Made by a program: the position numbers and the translations under genes
Virus record (IMG/VR): IMGVR_UViG_3300023196_000284
Coordinates: 1-31,774 of that record
Direction: 5' to 3' (one strand)
From: a virus
Length of the DNA stretch: 31,774 bases
Notes under the pieces: generated by a model
Seen by the model: only the letters and a program-made list of their open reading frames with translations
Database searches by the model: none
What the model was told of the DNA's origin: nothing
Shown: positions 15,873 through 23,416 of the stretch, in pieces
Layout of the letters: each line of letters begins with the position of its first letter
How positions within the stretch are numbered: the first letter of the stretch is position 1

Positions 15873-17571
15873 ATTGGTTTTGTATTCCAGAAATAATATC
15901 GTTGATGCTTAGACTAGACCTAGATGGCATACCTTGCTTACTACCCAAGATACCCATCAAATCGTTATAACTCAAGTTAGATGGCTGTGAATATTGGATA
16001 GGCTCTGGCACTTGACCATAGTTAGGGTCTAAGAACTTCTCCCATTGCGTACCCATAAGAAGATTACGATTACCAAAATCAATTGGTGTTAAAGGTGTAA
16101 ATGGTGCGACACTAGGTGATGGAGGGTTAACAAAAGATTCGGGAATAGGAACTATATCAAATCCAGTTGGTGTAGGAGTATTAGACAAAACAGAACCAGC
16201 ACCAAGCAAACCAGCCGCAGCTAAAGCTAATTGAGCAATTTTTATTGGGTCAGTTTCTTTTGGTTTATCAGGAGTTGTAGTAGTTGTTGGAGTTATAGTA
16301 GTTGGAGTTAGTGTAGATGCAACAGTATTTATGACTTCTGGAGTTACAACTGGTTTAGTAGCAGTAATGGTTGTGGTTGGTATTGCTGTAGGCGTAACAA
16401 CTGGAACTACTGTTGTAATAGCCGCAATAACATCCGCTACTGTGACAGGTCTTCCACTTGTAATTACTTGTTCAGCAAGTGAAGCGGCTTGAACAGGAGT
16501 TACGTTAGGAAGTGTAGCTGTAATAGCGTTTATCACTTCTTGTTGTGTAGCAGGTTTTTCACCAGTAACTTGAACAGTCGGTGTAGTTGATGGTTTAGTT
16601 AAATTAGTATTTAGTTGACTTGTAACCGCATTTAAAGTTGCTTTGTCAACCTGTTTAGGTGCTGTAACAGTTACAGTAGGTGCAGCACCCGCAATTGTAT
16701 TGATTACGTTATTTAACGATGTTGGTACTTGACTTGTAATCGTAACTCCATCTGTAACTGGTGTACTTACAGCAGTAGCAGTAGGGCTAATAGCAGTTAA
16801 AGCCCTGTCAATAATTGCATCGTTATAGCCGCCAGAACTCATGGCATCTCTAATTTGAGATGCAGATAACCCTTGGTCTGCCAACTGTCTAGCGTCTTGA
16901 ATAGCAAACTGACGCTCTGTAATACCAACATCAGCAGCAGAACCTGTAGTTAGGTAGTTATTAAGAGCGTTACCACCATAAACTAAACCACCGCTAAGTA
17001 AGCCAAGTTTTAATGCGTCTTCAACATCTGCGCCACCAGCTAAAGCAGCACCGCCTTTAAATAGACCTGTACCAACTGCTTGTCCAGCAGCACCAGTTAA
17101 ACCTAATTGACTACCTAAGAATCCACCACCGCCTAAACCTAAGAAAACCGCTTGAACAACAGGGTCATTAAATGCTTCAGCTAGACCACCTAAAAATGAA
17201 CCTGCAACTTCTTGTTGTGCGCCAGTACGCTGTAATTCTCCAGTAGGGGTGTATTGTTGGTAAGAACCACCAGCTTGATTGTCACTAGCTTTATATGTAA
17301 TTACATTCTCAAGCCCACCAACTTGTTGGTTTTGACCAGAGCCTGTAACTGTATTAACAGATTGGACATAAGTATCACCAAGCAAAACAGCTTGATTAGG
17401 AGGAATAACCTCTGCTACACGAGCAGCAATTTCGCCAACAGGAATGTTAAATGTAGAAGAAACTTGCTCAGGACTAATCCCTCTTGTCTCCATCAAAGAA
17501 ACAATCTGTGAATCCGACATATTCGGATTTTCAAGGAAGATGTTAAACAACTCTTGATTAGTAACTGCCAT
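15841..17571 (-). CDS. 576-aa virion-module protein with a glycine-zipper segment and Thr/Pro/Val-rich tandem repeats (function unknown)
   Basis: The Gly-zipper is VFLGLGGGGFLGSQLGLTGAAGQAVGTGLFKGGAALAGG. About five degenerate repeats of roughly 30 aa carry xxVINxI...P.VTP (NNVINTIAGAAPTVTV, QEVINAITATLPNVTP, ADVIAAITTVVPVVTP, PEVINTVASTLTPTT). Confidence 0.6.
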   Translation of the reverse strand: MAVTNQELFNIFLENPNMSDSQIVSLMETRGISPEQVSSTFNIPVGEIAARVAEVIPPNQAVLLGDTYVQSVNTVTGSGQNQQVGGLENVITYKASDNQAGGSYQQYTPTGELQRTGAQQEVAGSFLGGLAEAFNDPVVQAVFLGLGGGGFLGSQLGLTGAAGQAVGTGLFKGGAALAGGADVEDALKLGLLSGGLVYGGNALNNYLTTGSAADVGITERQFAIQDARQLADQGLSASQIRDAMSSGGYNDAIIDRALTAISPTATAVSTPVTDGVTITSQVPTSLNNVINTIAGAAPTVTVTAPKQVDKATLNAVTSQLNTNLTKPSTTPTVQVTGEKPATQQEVINAITATLPNVTPVQAASLAEQVITSGRPVTVADVIAAITTVVPVVTPTAIPTTTITATKPVVTPEVINTVASTLTPTTITPTTTTTPDKPKETDPIKIAQLALAAAGLLGAGSVLSNTPTPTGFDIVPIPESFVNPPSPSVAPFTPLTPIDFGNRNLLMGTQWEKFLDPNYGQVPEPIQYSQPSNLSYNDLMGILGSKQGMPSRSSLSINDIISGIQNQYGQTPVSTMG

Positions 17572-17573
17572 GT

Positions 17574-19706
17574 TTAACCCCTAATCTCTACGTTAGATGT
17601 AATGCCAGCACCAATTTTCATTGCTTTCAATTGGGCTTCTGCTTCAAACTCTTGTTGCTTTAACGCAAAGTAAGCCTGTTGCTTTTCACGCTCTAATTGC
17701 AACTTAGCACCTTCCTTCTCACGCATCATCTGCATTTCAAGGTCAGCTTTCTGTTGTGCCATCTGCATATCAATTTGCTGCTTCTGTTGTTGCAGTTGCA
17801 TATCAGATTGTGCTTTAGCTTGGCTTGCTTGAATCTCTGCTTGTGTTCTAGCCATCAAAGCCTGTACTTCTGGGGGCATTTGTTGTTGCTGCGGAGGAGG
17901 ATTGCTTAACGCTTGGTCTTGCTCTGGCGTAATCGCTTTGTAGAACTCAGCAGAATCCTTAAATCCTGCAATTTCAACCATGCGTCCCAATGTGCCACGA
18001 TATTGGGCAGGTGAAACGTAAGGGTTAGCAGGGCCATACTGACCAATCAACTGCTCTTGTTTAGCAAGAACCATCGACAACATAGCCATCTGCTCTTGTC
18101 GGTTTCCAGCACCCAGACCAACATTGATAGAAACATCGTATTGGTTAGCCCATGTACGAGGGTCAAACTCTACGAATTCACCACGCATACGCACCAAACG
18201 AGGCTTGTCTTGGTACTTACAAAGCAAGTGAAGGATACCCTTGAACAAAGATTTAACACCTGTCTCAGCAAAGATTCGAGCCATTAACTCAATCTTACCT
18301 GCGCCAGCTTGTTGCATAGAGGCCACCGCAGCAGCAGTCACATTCTGCAAGATAGCAGGGTCTAATCCCTGTGAAGCATCAGATACGCCAGTACGCTTAG
18401 ACTGTACTGTATCTAAATACTGAAGCATTGGGAAAGCCTGAGATGCTACGTTCTGAACTACAAGTTGTTGAACAGCACCTTGGGACTTGGCACGAATAAC
18501 ACCACCAGCAGTAGATGTAAGCAAGTCGTCAAGGTTTACCTGCCCTTCGATAGCAACTACACGAGCATTGTTTGTCAGATATAAGTTATCTAACATTTGA
18601 CGAGTGATAGTGGTCTTAATCAGTTGTAAGTCTGTTGTCCTATCTGCCAACGAGTTACCAAAAAACTTGTGTGGGATAGGAATAGGACAGATTGAGTGGA
18701 AAGGAACATAGTCCACTTCCACAACCATTTCCTTACCCTTCTCGTCCTCAAGAATCTCATTAGAAGCGTAAAACACTTGAACCAATGAAGCAATGCCTTT
18801 GCCATCTATATCAGTTTTGACATAACATTCAAAGACCTCAATCTCTTGCATTGAAGGGTCATCAGTCTGAACTTGGTATGGTTGCTCACCTGCGGAATAA
18901 CGAGCCACTCGCTCTGGCGTATAAGCTAGAGCATCATCCATCTGCAAGCCTTCAATTTGCTTCTTGTTAAAACCCATAGCAACCAAGTCACTACGAGTCA
19001 ACATCTGCCTATGGGCTACAAATGGGCTATCAGCAATAGTTCTAGCTTTCTTGCTAATCAAGAACTCCTCTGGGGGAACATTCTCAATCGTGACTTTGCC
19101 TGATTTCTTTTTCTTTTGGGCTACGATATTGTGTGTCGCACCCATAACTGGCATACCCATAGGGTCAACAACTGGCTGTCCCATTGGGTCAAATATCGGA
19201 AATTCTGTCGTATCTTGCTCGACAATCTCCATAGTCTCATCACTCATCAGCATTGCCAACTCATCGTTAGACAAATCATAGTAACGCTCTTTGGTAATGT
19301 CTTCTTTATCTTCCCAATATGCTTTTAAGATGCCGTTCTTCTGCATCAAAGCGTCTTTAAACCAATCGTGAAGAATGGCTACGCCTTCGTTATCTCGTGA
19401 GAAAACCCAATTGCAGTAGTCTGTAGCTTGCTTGGCAGAGGCTTCATCTTGTGGGCCTTGTGGCTCAAAGACTACGATATTGTCTGAGCCTGTAAAGATA
19501 CGAACTAAGCTAGGCAGAGCACCATCAATTGCTTCTGCTACTTCGCCAGTAACGATTTGAGATTTACCCTCAACTTCATTACCATAGGGCTGTCGTAGAT
19601 AAGCCTCCAAAGCCTGTTTGCGCTGGTCAACAGTTTCTGTTTCAATGTAGCCAATTGCATCATCAATCTCCGCTTGAAGAATTGACTTCAGTTCGTTCTG
19701 TACCAT
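17574..19706 (-). CDS. Portal protein
   Basis: 710 aa, directly downstream of terL. The N-terminal pattern is RKQALEAYLRQPYGNEVEGKSQIVTGEVAEAIDGALPSLVRIF, typical of podovirus portals. The C-terminus is a Gln-rich coiled coil. Confidence 0.85.
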   Translation of the reverse strand: MVQNELKSILQAEIDDAIGYIETETVDQRKQALEAYLRQPYGNEVEGKSQIVTGEVAEAIDGALPSLVRIFTGSDNIVVFEPQGPQDEASAKQATDYCNWVFSRDNEGVAILHDWFKDALMQKNGILKAYWEDKEDITKERYYDLSNDELAMLMSDETMEIVEQDTTEFPIFDPMGQPVVDPMGMPVMGATHNIVAQKKKKSGKVTIENVPPEEFLISKKARTIADSPFVAHRQMLTRSDLVAMGFNKKQIEGLQMDDALAYTPERVARYSAGEQPYQVQTDDPSMQEIEVFECYVKTDIDGKGIASLVQVFYASNEILEDEKGKEMVVEVDYVPFHSICPIPIPHKFFGNSLADRTTDLQLIKTTITRQMLDNLYLTNNARVVAIEGQVNLDDLLTSTAGGVIRAKSQGAVQQLVVQNVASQAFPMLQYLDTVQSKRTGVSDASQGLDPAILQNVTAAAVASMQQAGAGKIELMARIFAETGVKSLFKGILHLLCKYQDKPRLVRMRGEFVEFDPRTWANQYDVSINVGLGAGNRQEQMAMLSMVLAKQEQLIGQYGPANPYVSPAQYRGTLGRMVEIAGFKDSAEFYKAITPEQDQALSNPPPQQQQMPPEVQALMARTQAEIQASQAKAQSDMQLQQQKQQIDMQMAQQKADLEMQMMREKEGAKLQLEREKQQAYFALKQQEFEAEAQLKAMKIGAGITSNVEIRG

Positions 19707-19854
19707 TTTTGTCCTTTGGAGGGCGACCCATTCGGGGTTTATCCAATTGTAATGCTTTTACCACATTTTCCAACATTTCGAGTCGCATTTCAAGTTCTTT
19801 TACCTTTGGGGCTAAATTTACCCCTTGACGCTCAATAAACATTACACAATCCAT
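19663..19854 (-). CDS. Small coiled-coil protein bridging terL and portal (59-63 aa)
   Basis: Track ORF. An alternative ATG at 19842 shares one base with the terL TAA. It has a heptad-like KVKELEMRLEMLENVVKALQL followed by RMGRPPKDK. Its 3' end overlaps the portal start by 44 nt. Confidence 0.45.
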   Translation of the reverse strand: MDCVMFIERQGVNLAPKVKELEMRLEMLENVVKALQLDKPRMGRPPKDKNGTERTEVNSSSGD

Positions 19855-21104
19855 TTCGGAGTTTGGTTAATCGGCTTATCCCACGTTGAATGTCCTTCAT
19901 CCAATCCAAGGGCTAAATAGCGAAAAGAATCAGAGCCATGACTTGACCAATCATGCAATGGTCTTTCAAAGAAAATCTTACGCTTCTCATCGTAGTCTCT
20001 GCGGTAGTTTCTTAGGCAGTTCAAGCCATTCTGTACCTGTGGGACATTAAACCAGCATCTTGGCAGCAACCTTCTTACCGCTTGGATGCCATCGTCTAGT
20101 CCCATTCTGGGTGCAATCTTGACCTGTAGTCCAGCTTCCTCAAGCATTTCTAGTCGGCTCTTACCTGTGCCTAACTCCCTAACCCTAACGTCATGTGGCA
20201 GAATATGCTCTGCTTTGAGATAGTCATTGTCCTTAATCCACTTAACGTAGTGGTCTAGTCCTACCCCATGATTCTCATAGTAGTCCAGTAATCTGACCTC
20301 AGAGCCTACCAGTTGAGCCACCCAGATAGACGTAGAGTCACCCATACCCAAGTCCCAAGCAGTAAAAGTTCTGCTGATTTCCTCTCTGGGAATCTCTTGC
20401 ATATGCTTTTTTTCTTCTAACTCGTTAAGCATTTGCCCATAGTAAGAACCCTCTACGGCAGCGTCAAAACTACACTCAAACTCTTGGCGGTACTTATCCT
20501 CGCCCATCTCATTCTTAGCAGCCTTCAGTTCTGTCTCATCTACTACCCCTGTCTCAGAGGCTTTGAACTCAAGCAGACCCCATCCTTCCTCTTTCTCTGC
20601 CCTATCTCGCAACTCTTTGAAGTGGTTGTGTCCTTTGGGTGTACCAATAAACAAACACCAGCCCTTTCTGTCTGTCAGAGCAGGTCTAACAATGTCTGTC
20701 CATATCTTAGGATTCTGGTCACCCACCTCATCAATGATTACCCCATCAAAAAATTGACCTCGGAGGGAATCAGGATTGTCTGAGCCATACAACTGGATTC
20801 GCCTACCCCAGAAGTCAACTCGTAACTCTGAGATGTTGTTAGTACCGCCTAGCGGAGTAGTGTATTTGACGAGGTAGTCCCAAGCTACCCTCTTAGCCTG
20901 TCCATAGGTAGGCGCAATGTAAGCGTATCTTGGTGTTTCTTTCTCGTTTAGCACCGCCTCACGGATTAAGTGGTTAAGTGCTGCAACAGTCTTACCAAAC
21001 CTTCGATGTGCCACTACAACAGCAAAGCGTTTGCCATCCAGTAACTCGTGAACCTTTAGTTGGTGTTCCCTTGGCTTATAGGGAATTTCTATTACTTCGC
21101 CCAT
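19842..21104 (-). CDS. terL: Terminase large subunit
   Basis: Walker A-like VVAHRRFGKT and Walker B-like GVIIDEVGD. The C-terminal nuclease-type motif is AWDLGMGDSTSIWV. 420 aa. It overlaps terS by 13 nt. Confidence 0.9.
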   Translation of the reverse strand: MGEVIEIPYKPREHQLKVHELLDGKRFAVVVAHRRFGKTVAALNHLIREAVLNEKETPRYAYIAPTYGQAKRVAWDYLVKYTTPLGGTNNISELRVDFWGRRIQLYGSDNPDSLRGQFFDGVIIDEVGDQNPKIWTDIVRPALTDRKGWCLFIGTPKGHNHFKELRDRAEKEEGWGLLEFKASETGVVDETELKAAKNEMGEDKYRQEFECSFDAAVEGSYYGQMLNELEEKKHMQEIPREEISRTFTAWDLGMGDSTSIWVAQLVGSEVRLLDYYENHGVGLDHYVKWIKDNDYLKAEHILPHDVRVRELGTGKSRLEMLEEAGLQVKIAPRMGLDDGIQAVRRLLPRCWFNVPQVQNGLNCLRNYRRDYDEKRKIFFERPLHDWSSHGSDSFRYLALGLDEGHSTWDKPINQTPKWIV

Positions 21105-21409
21105 GTAACGCTAATCTCAATGGGTTTATTGTCGCTACCTGTTAATTCTGTTCTCGCAAGTTTAGGTGTTGCGTATTCAGCTAACTTAGCAAGCATATCT
21201 AATGCTTTGTAAGGGTCTGGGCGAATCTCTTTAACTTCATCACCTTCCGCAACTAACGTAAGCCACTTAGAGACGTTATCAGCGTTATCCTCTAGTAGAC
21301 ACTTAACTGTCTCTCTAAACTCGCTAGTGACCCGATTAACCGCCCCTTTAGGTCTTCCTCTACCCTTATTGGTTAAATTCTCGGAATTTCCCGCCTCTAA
21401 TTTATTCAT
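21092..21409 (-). CDS. terS: Terminase small subunit
   Basis: 105 aa. It has a basic N-terminal GRGRPKG motif. Assigned from its position immediately upstream of and overlapping terL. Confidence 0.7.
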   Translation of the reverse strand: MNKLEAGNSENLTNKGRGRPKGAVNRVTSEFRETVKCLLEDNADNVSKWLTLVAEGDEVKEIRPDPYKALDMLAKLAEYATPKLARTELTGSDNKPIEISVTWAK

Positions 21410-21469
21410 TTTTGTTTGACTCCTCTAGGGTTGGTCAAGTTAGTACCTGCTCACAACGAGCAGACTTAG

Positions 21470-21643
21470 TTATTTCATTCTACCCATCTTTTTAGCGGCT
21501 TCTGAAATAGCGATAGCAATAGCTTGCTTGGGATTCTTAACGACTTTACCACCCTTACCAGAGTGCAGTTCGCCTTTGCCATATTCGTGCATTACAGCAC
21601 CCATCTTGGCTTTACCAACTTTGTTCATCTTAGGAGTTTTCAT
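21470..21643 (-). CDS. 57-aa conserved small protein of the KGELHSG...KQAIAIAISEA type (not in the ORF track)
   Basis: My translation is MKTPKMNKVGKAKMGAVMHEYGKGELHSGKGGKVVKNPKQAIAIAISEAAKKMGRMK. It forms an ATGA overlap with the upstream ORF. The motif matches a widespread uncharacterised bacterial/phage family, as I recall. Confidence 0.65.
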   Translation of the reverse strand: MKTPKMNKVGKAKMGAVMHEYGKGELHSGKGGKVVKNPKQAIAIAISEAAKKMGRMK

Positions 21644-21762
21644 TTTTTAGACTTCTTTGCTACGTTCTTTGCAGTACGCTCACCCCTTATAGGCATGGGT
21701 TTAGGCTTTTTCTGCAAATATTTTTGCATCATCTCTAACGCTTGTTGGTTAGTCGTTCCCAT
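21640..21762 (-). CDS. 40-aa very basic peptide
   Basis: ATG 21762 is preceded by GAAGGAGAAGACA, a strong SD. Product: MGTTNQQALEMMQKYLQKKPKPMPIRGERTAKNVAKKSKK. The longer track form (21822) starts at GTG, deep inside the upstream gene. Confidence 0.55.
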   Translation of the reverse strand: MGTTNQQALEMMQKYLQKKPKPMPIRGERTAKNVAKKSKK

Positions 21763-22240
21763 TGTCTTCTCCTTCAGACATATCACCTGACATTTTTTCG
21801 GAATCATCAGTAATCGGGCCACCAGTTACCCAAGCCGTACAAGTACGTTTAGCAGCACACTTAAAGTCCCAAATCTCGCAATAACCTAAGTCGCCAGCTT
21901 CAATGACTTCCCAAGCATCAGTCTCACCATCACCTGTAGCCAAGCCTGATTCAATGCAATCCATCATTTTTGTGGTTTGAATAAAGGCAGCGCAGTTTCC
22001 ACAACGAGACTTTTTAGCCTGTTCTGGAGAGTTTCGCCATACCTTTGAGACTTCACGCCAGTAACCAGCATTTGCCTCGTTAGGGTTCATTGGGCCATAG
22101 TTAGCCTTATCAATGCCCTTTTGACGATTCTCAAGATTGACAGATACGTCACCTGTGGCAACTGGACACGCTTCGCCATTTTTCTCTTGGTTTTGTATCT
22201 CAATCTCAATTTTTACGGAAGGCTCAAGTAAACCAGACAT
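21749..22240 (-). CDS. Cys-rich conserved phage protein (163 aa), first gene of the late operon
   Basis: Motifs are CPVATGD...NLENRQKGIDKANYGPMNPNE...YW and CGNCAAF...CIE...GYCEIWDFKCAAKRTC. I recall this family next to terminase genes in aquatic podoviruses. Function unknown. Confidence 0.65.
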   Translation of the reverse strand: MSGLLEPSVKIEIEIQNQEKNGEACPVATGDVSVNLENRQKGIDKANYGPMNPNEANAGYWREVSKVWRNSPEQAKKSRCGNCAAFIQTTKMMDCIESGLATGDGETDAWEVIEAGDLGYCEIWDFKCAAKRTCTAWVTGGPITDDSEKMSGDMSEGEDNGND

Positions 22241-22263
22241 GGTTATCCCTATGGAGTTTATTT

Positions 22264-22272
22264 ATTATCTCA
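22264..22272 (-). promoter_or_regulatory. Candidate late promoter, extended -10 (TGAGATAAT)
   Basis: The minus strand reads TTTTTTTTGTGAGATAATAAATAAACTCCATAGGGATAACCATG. The TGn + GATAAT box starts right after the terminator U-tract, 24 nt before ATG 22240. Confidence 0.35.
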
Positions 22273-22300
22273 CAAAAAAAAAGAGGGAACAAGTCCCTCT
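22273..22300 (-). terminator. Strong rho-independent terminator between the early and late operons
   Basis: The minus strand reads AGAGGGA-CTTGT-TCCCTCT (7-bp stem, 22282-22300), followed by eight to nine T residues. Confidence 0.8.
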
Positions 22301-22336
22301 AAAGTCTCAATGGCAACTGAGTGCGTACATTGTGCG

Positions 22337-22594
22337 CTAACCTAAAAGTTTTGCAAGCGTTAAATTTAAAACGCTCATTTCATCTAGTTTTTCTACTTTC
22401 CATATCCTAGCCTGTCCGTGTATGCCATTGAATGAACCCTGATGGCAGTCTTTACATAAAGGAATACATAAGTATTGGTTATGTTGGACAATATGGTGTG
22501 CATCACTTGGGCCAGAAGCATTACAAACCCCACAAGACATTTCTTTAATCTTTGCTAAGTGGAGTCTTTCCCTGTTATTGGGTCTGTTATTCAT
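22337..22594 (-). CDS. HNH-type nuclease resembling P1 Ref (RecA-dependent nuclease family)
   Basis: 85 aa. Pattern: CGVCNASGPSDAHHIVQHNQ...IPLCKDCHQGSFNGIHG (CxxC...HH...CxxCH). Confidence 0.6.
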   Translation of the reverse strand: MNNRPNNRERLHLAKIKEMSCGVCNASGPSDAHHIVQHNQYLCIPLCKDCHQGSFNGIHGQARIWKVEKLDEMSVLNLTLAKLLG

Positions 22595-22790
22595 GCTTCA
22601 TATCACGAACAAAAGTAGCAAAACTTTGTGACGTATTCCCAAAGGCTTTCATTTTGTCAAACTCCTTTGCTACTTCCTCAAGAGTGTCATTTCTGATTTT
22701 CTTGATTATTTCGTTTCTACCAACTTGACTTGTGACCATTTGACGCTTGCGCCAGCCCATTGCTTTTTCAAATAAATTTAGTTCAGTCAT
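22587..22790 (-). CDS. Hypothetical 67-aa early protein
   Basis: ATG 22790. It overlaps the downstream gene by 8 nt. No motif. Confidence 0.6.
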   Translation of the reverse strand: MTELNLFEKAMGWRKRQMVTSQVGRNEIIKKIRNDTLEEVAKEFDKMKAFGNTSQSFATFVRDMKHE

Positions 22791-22869
22791 ACCAAAACCT
22801 TAGTAAAACAAGGACTGCTGCCCAGAAAGTAGTCAGCCCTACAAGAATTAACTTCCACAACTTACTCAT
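22783..22869 (-). CDS. Possible 28-aa TM peptide (MSKLWKLILVGLTTFWAAVLVLLRFWYD), not in the ORF track
   Basis: It exactly fills the 71-nt gap between two genes. Its ATG overlaps the upstream stop (ATGAGTAA) and its TGA overlaps the downstream ATG region (TATGACTGA). Confidence 0.4.
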   Translation of the reverse strand: MSKLWKLILVGLTTFWAAVLVLLRFWYD

Positions 22870-23113
22870 GTTCGTAAGCAATAATCTTGGCATGGTCAGT
22901 TTCTGCAAGTAAATGGCTAGACAATCTCATTGTCCCTTCAATCTCTAATTCTTTAAATTGTGCATCAGTAAAGATGCCAATGACATTGCGTCCTTCAAAC
23001 CAGACTTCATCAATGTTCTCGTTGTAAGTACCTTCTTCATCTGTCTCGTATTCCATAACGACAGTAACGACTACAGAGCCTTCGCCAGTTGTTGTGTCAA
23101 ATTCGTATTTCAT
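22862..23113 (-). CDS. Highly acidic 83-aa early protein
   Basis: By my count 20 D/E against 5 K/R. AAGGAA SD. It lies directly downstream of the conserved hairpin module. Confidence 0.65.
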   Translation of the reverse strand: MKYEFDTTTGEGSVVVTVVMEYETDEEGTYNENIDEVWFEGRNVIGIFTDAQFKELEIEGTMRLSSHLLAETDHAKIIAYEHE

Positions 23114-23157
23114 TTTGTATTCCTTAAAAGTGGGGAACTAAGTCCCCTGTTGATTTA
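23111..23157 (-). promoter_or_regulatory. Conserved stop-hairpin-SD-start intercistronic module, copy A
   Basis: The minus strand reads TAAATCAACAGGGGACTTAGTTCCCCACTTTTAAGGAATACAAAATG. It is near-identical to the plus-strand copy at 27485-27530. Confidence 0.6.
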
Positions 23158-23376
23158 GTTAAGAATTAAGCGACCAGTTAAACCCATAGATTTCAAGCAA
23201 TCAATTGCATTTTGGATTGCTTCTCTACGAGAATGACCATAAAAAACTGGAGGTACATTCGTATCTGGCAAAGCACAATCAAACTCAACTACCCAAGCTG
23301 GAGGAACAGTAGCCCGAATTCTTGGGTTGTATTGTTCTTGTTGAAAATAGCAATCTGCATTAAATTTGTTTGACAT
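23155..23376 (-). CDS. Hypothetical 73-aa early protein, first gene after promoter P1
   Basis: ATG 23376 with an AAGGAT SD. No motif. Confidence 0.6.
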   Translation of the reverse strand: MSNKFNADCYFQQEQYNPRIRATVPPAWVVEFDCALPDTNVPPVFYGHSRREAIQNAIDCLKSMGLTGRLILN

Positions 23377-23416
23377 GACTTAATCCTTAAAAGTACCCTT
23401 GAGATTTTCTTGGGCT

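Noticed and set aside
21524-21790. The 88-aa plus-strand ORF upstream of terS.
   Set aside because: It is antisense to two minus-strand small genes that have a strong SD, an ATGA coupling and a recognisable conserved motif (KGELHSG...AIAISEA).
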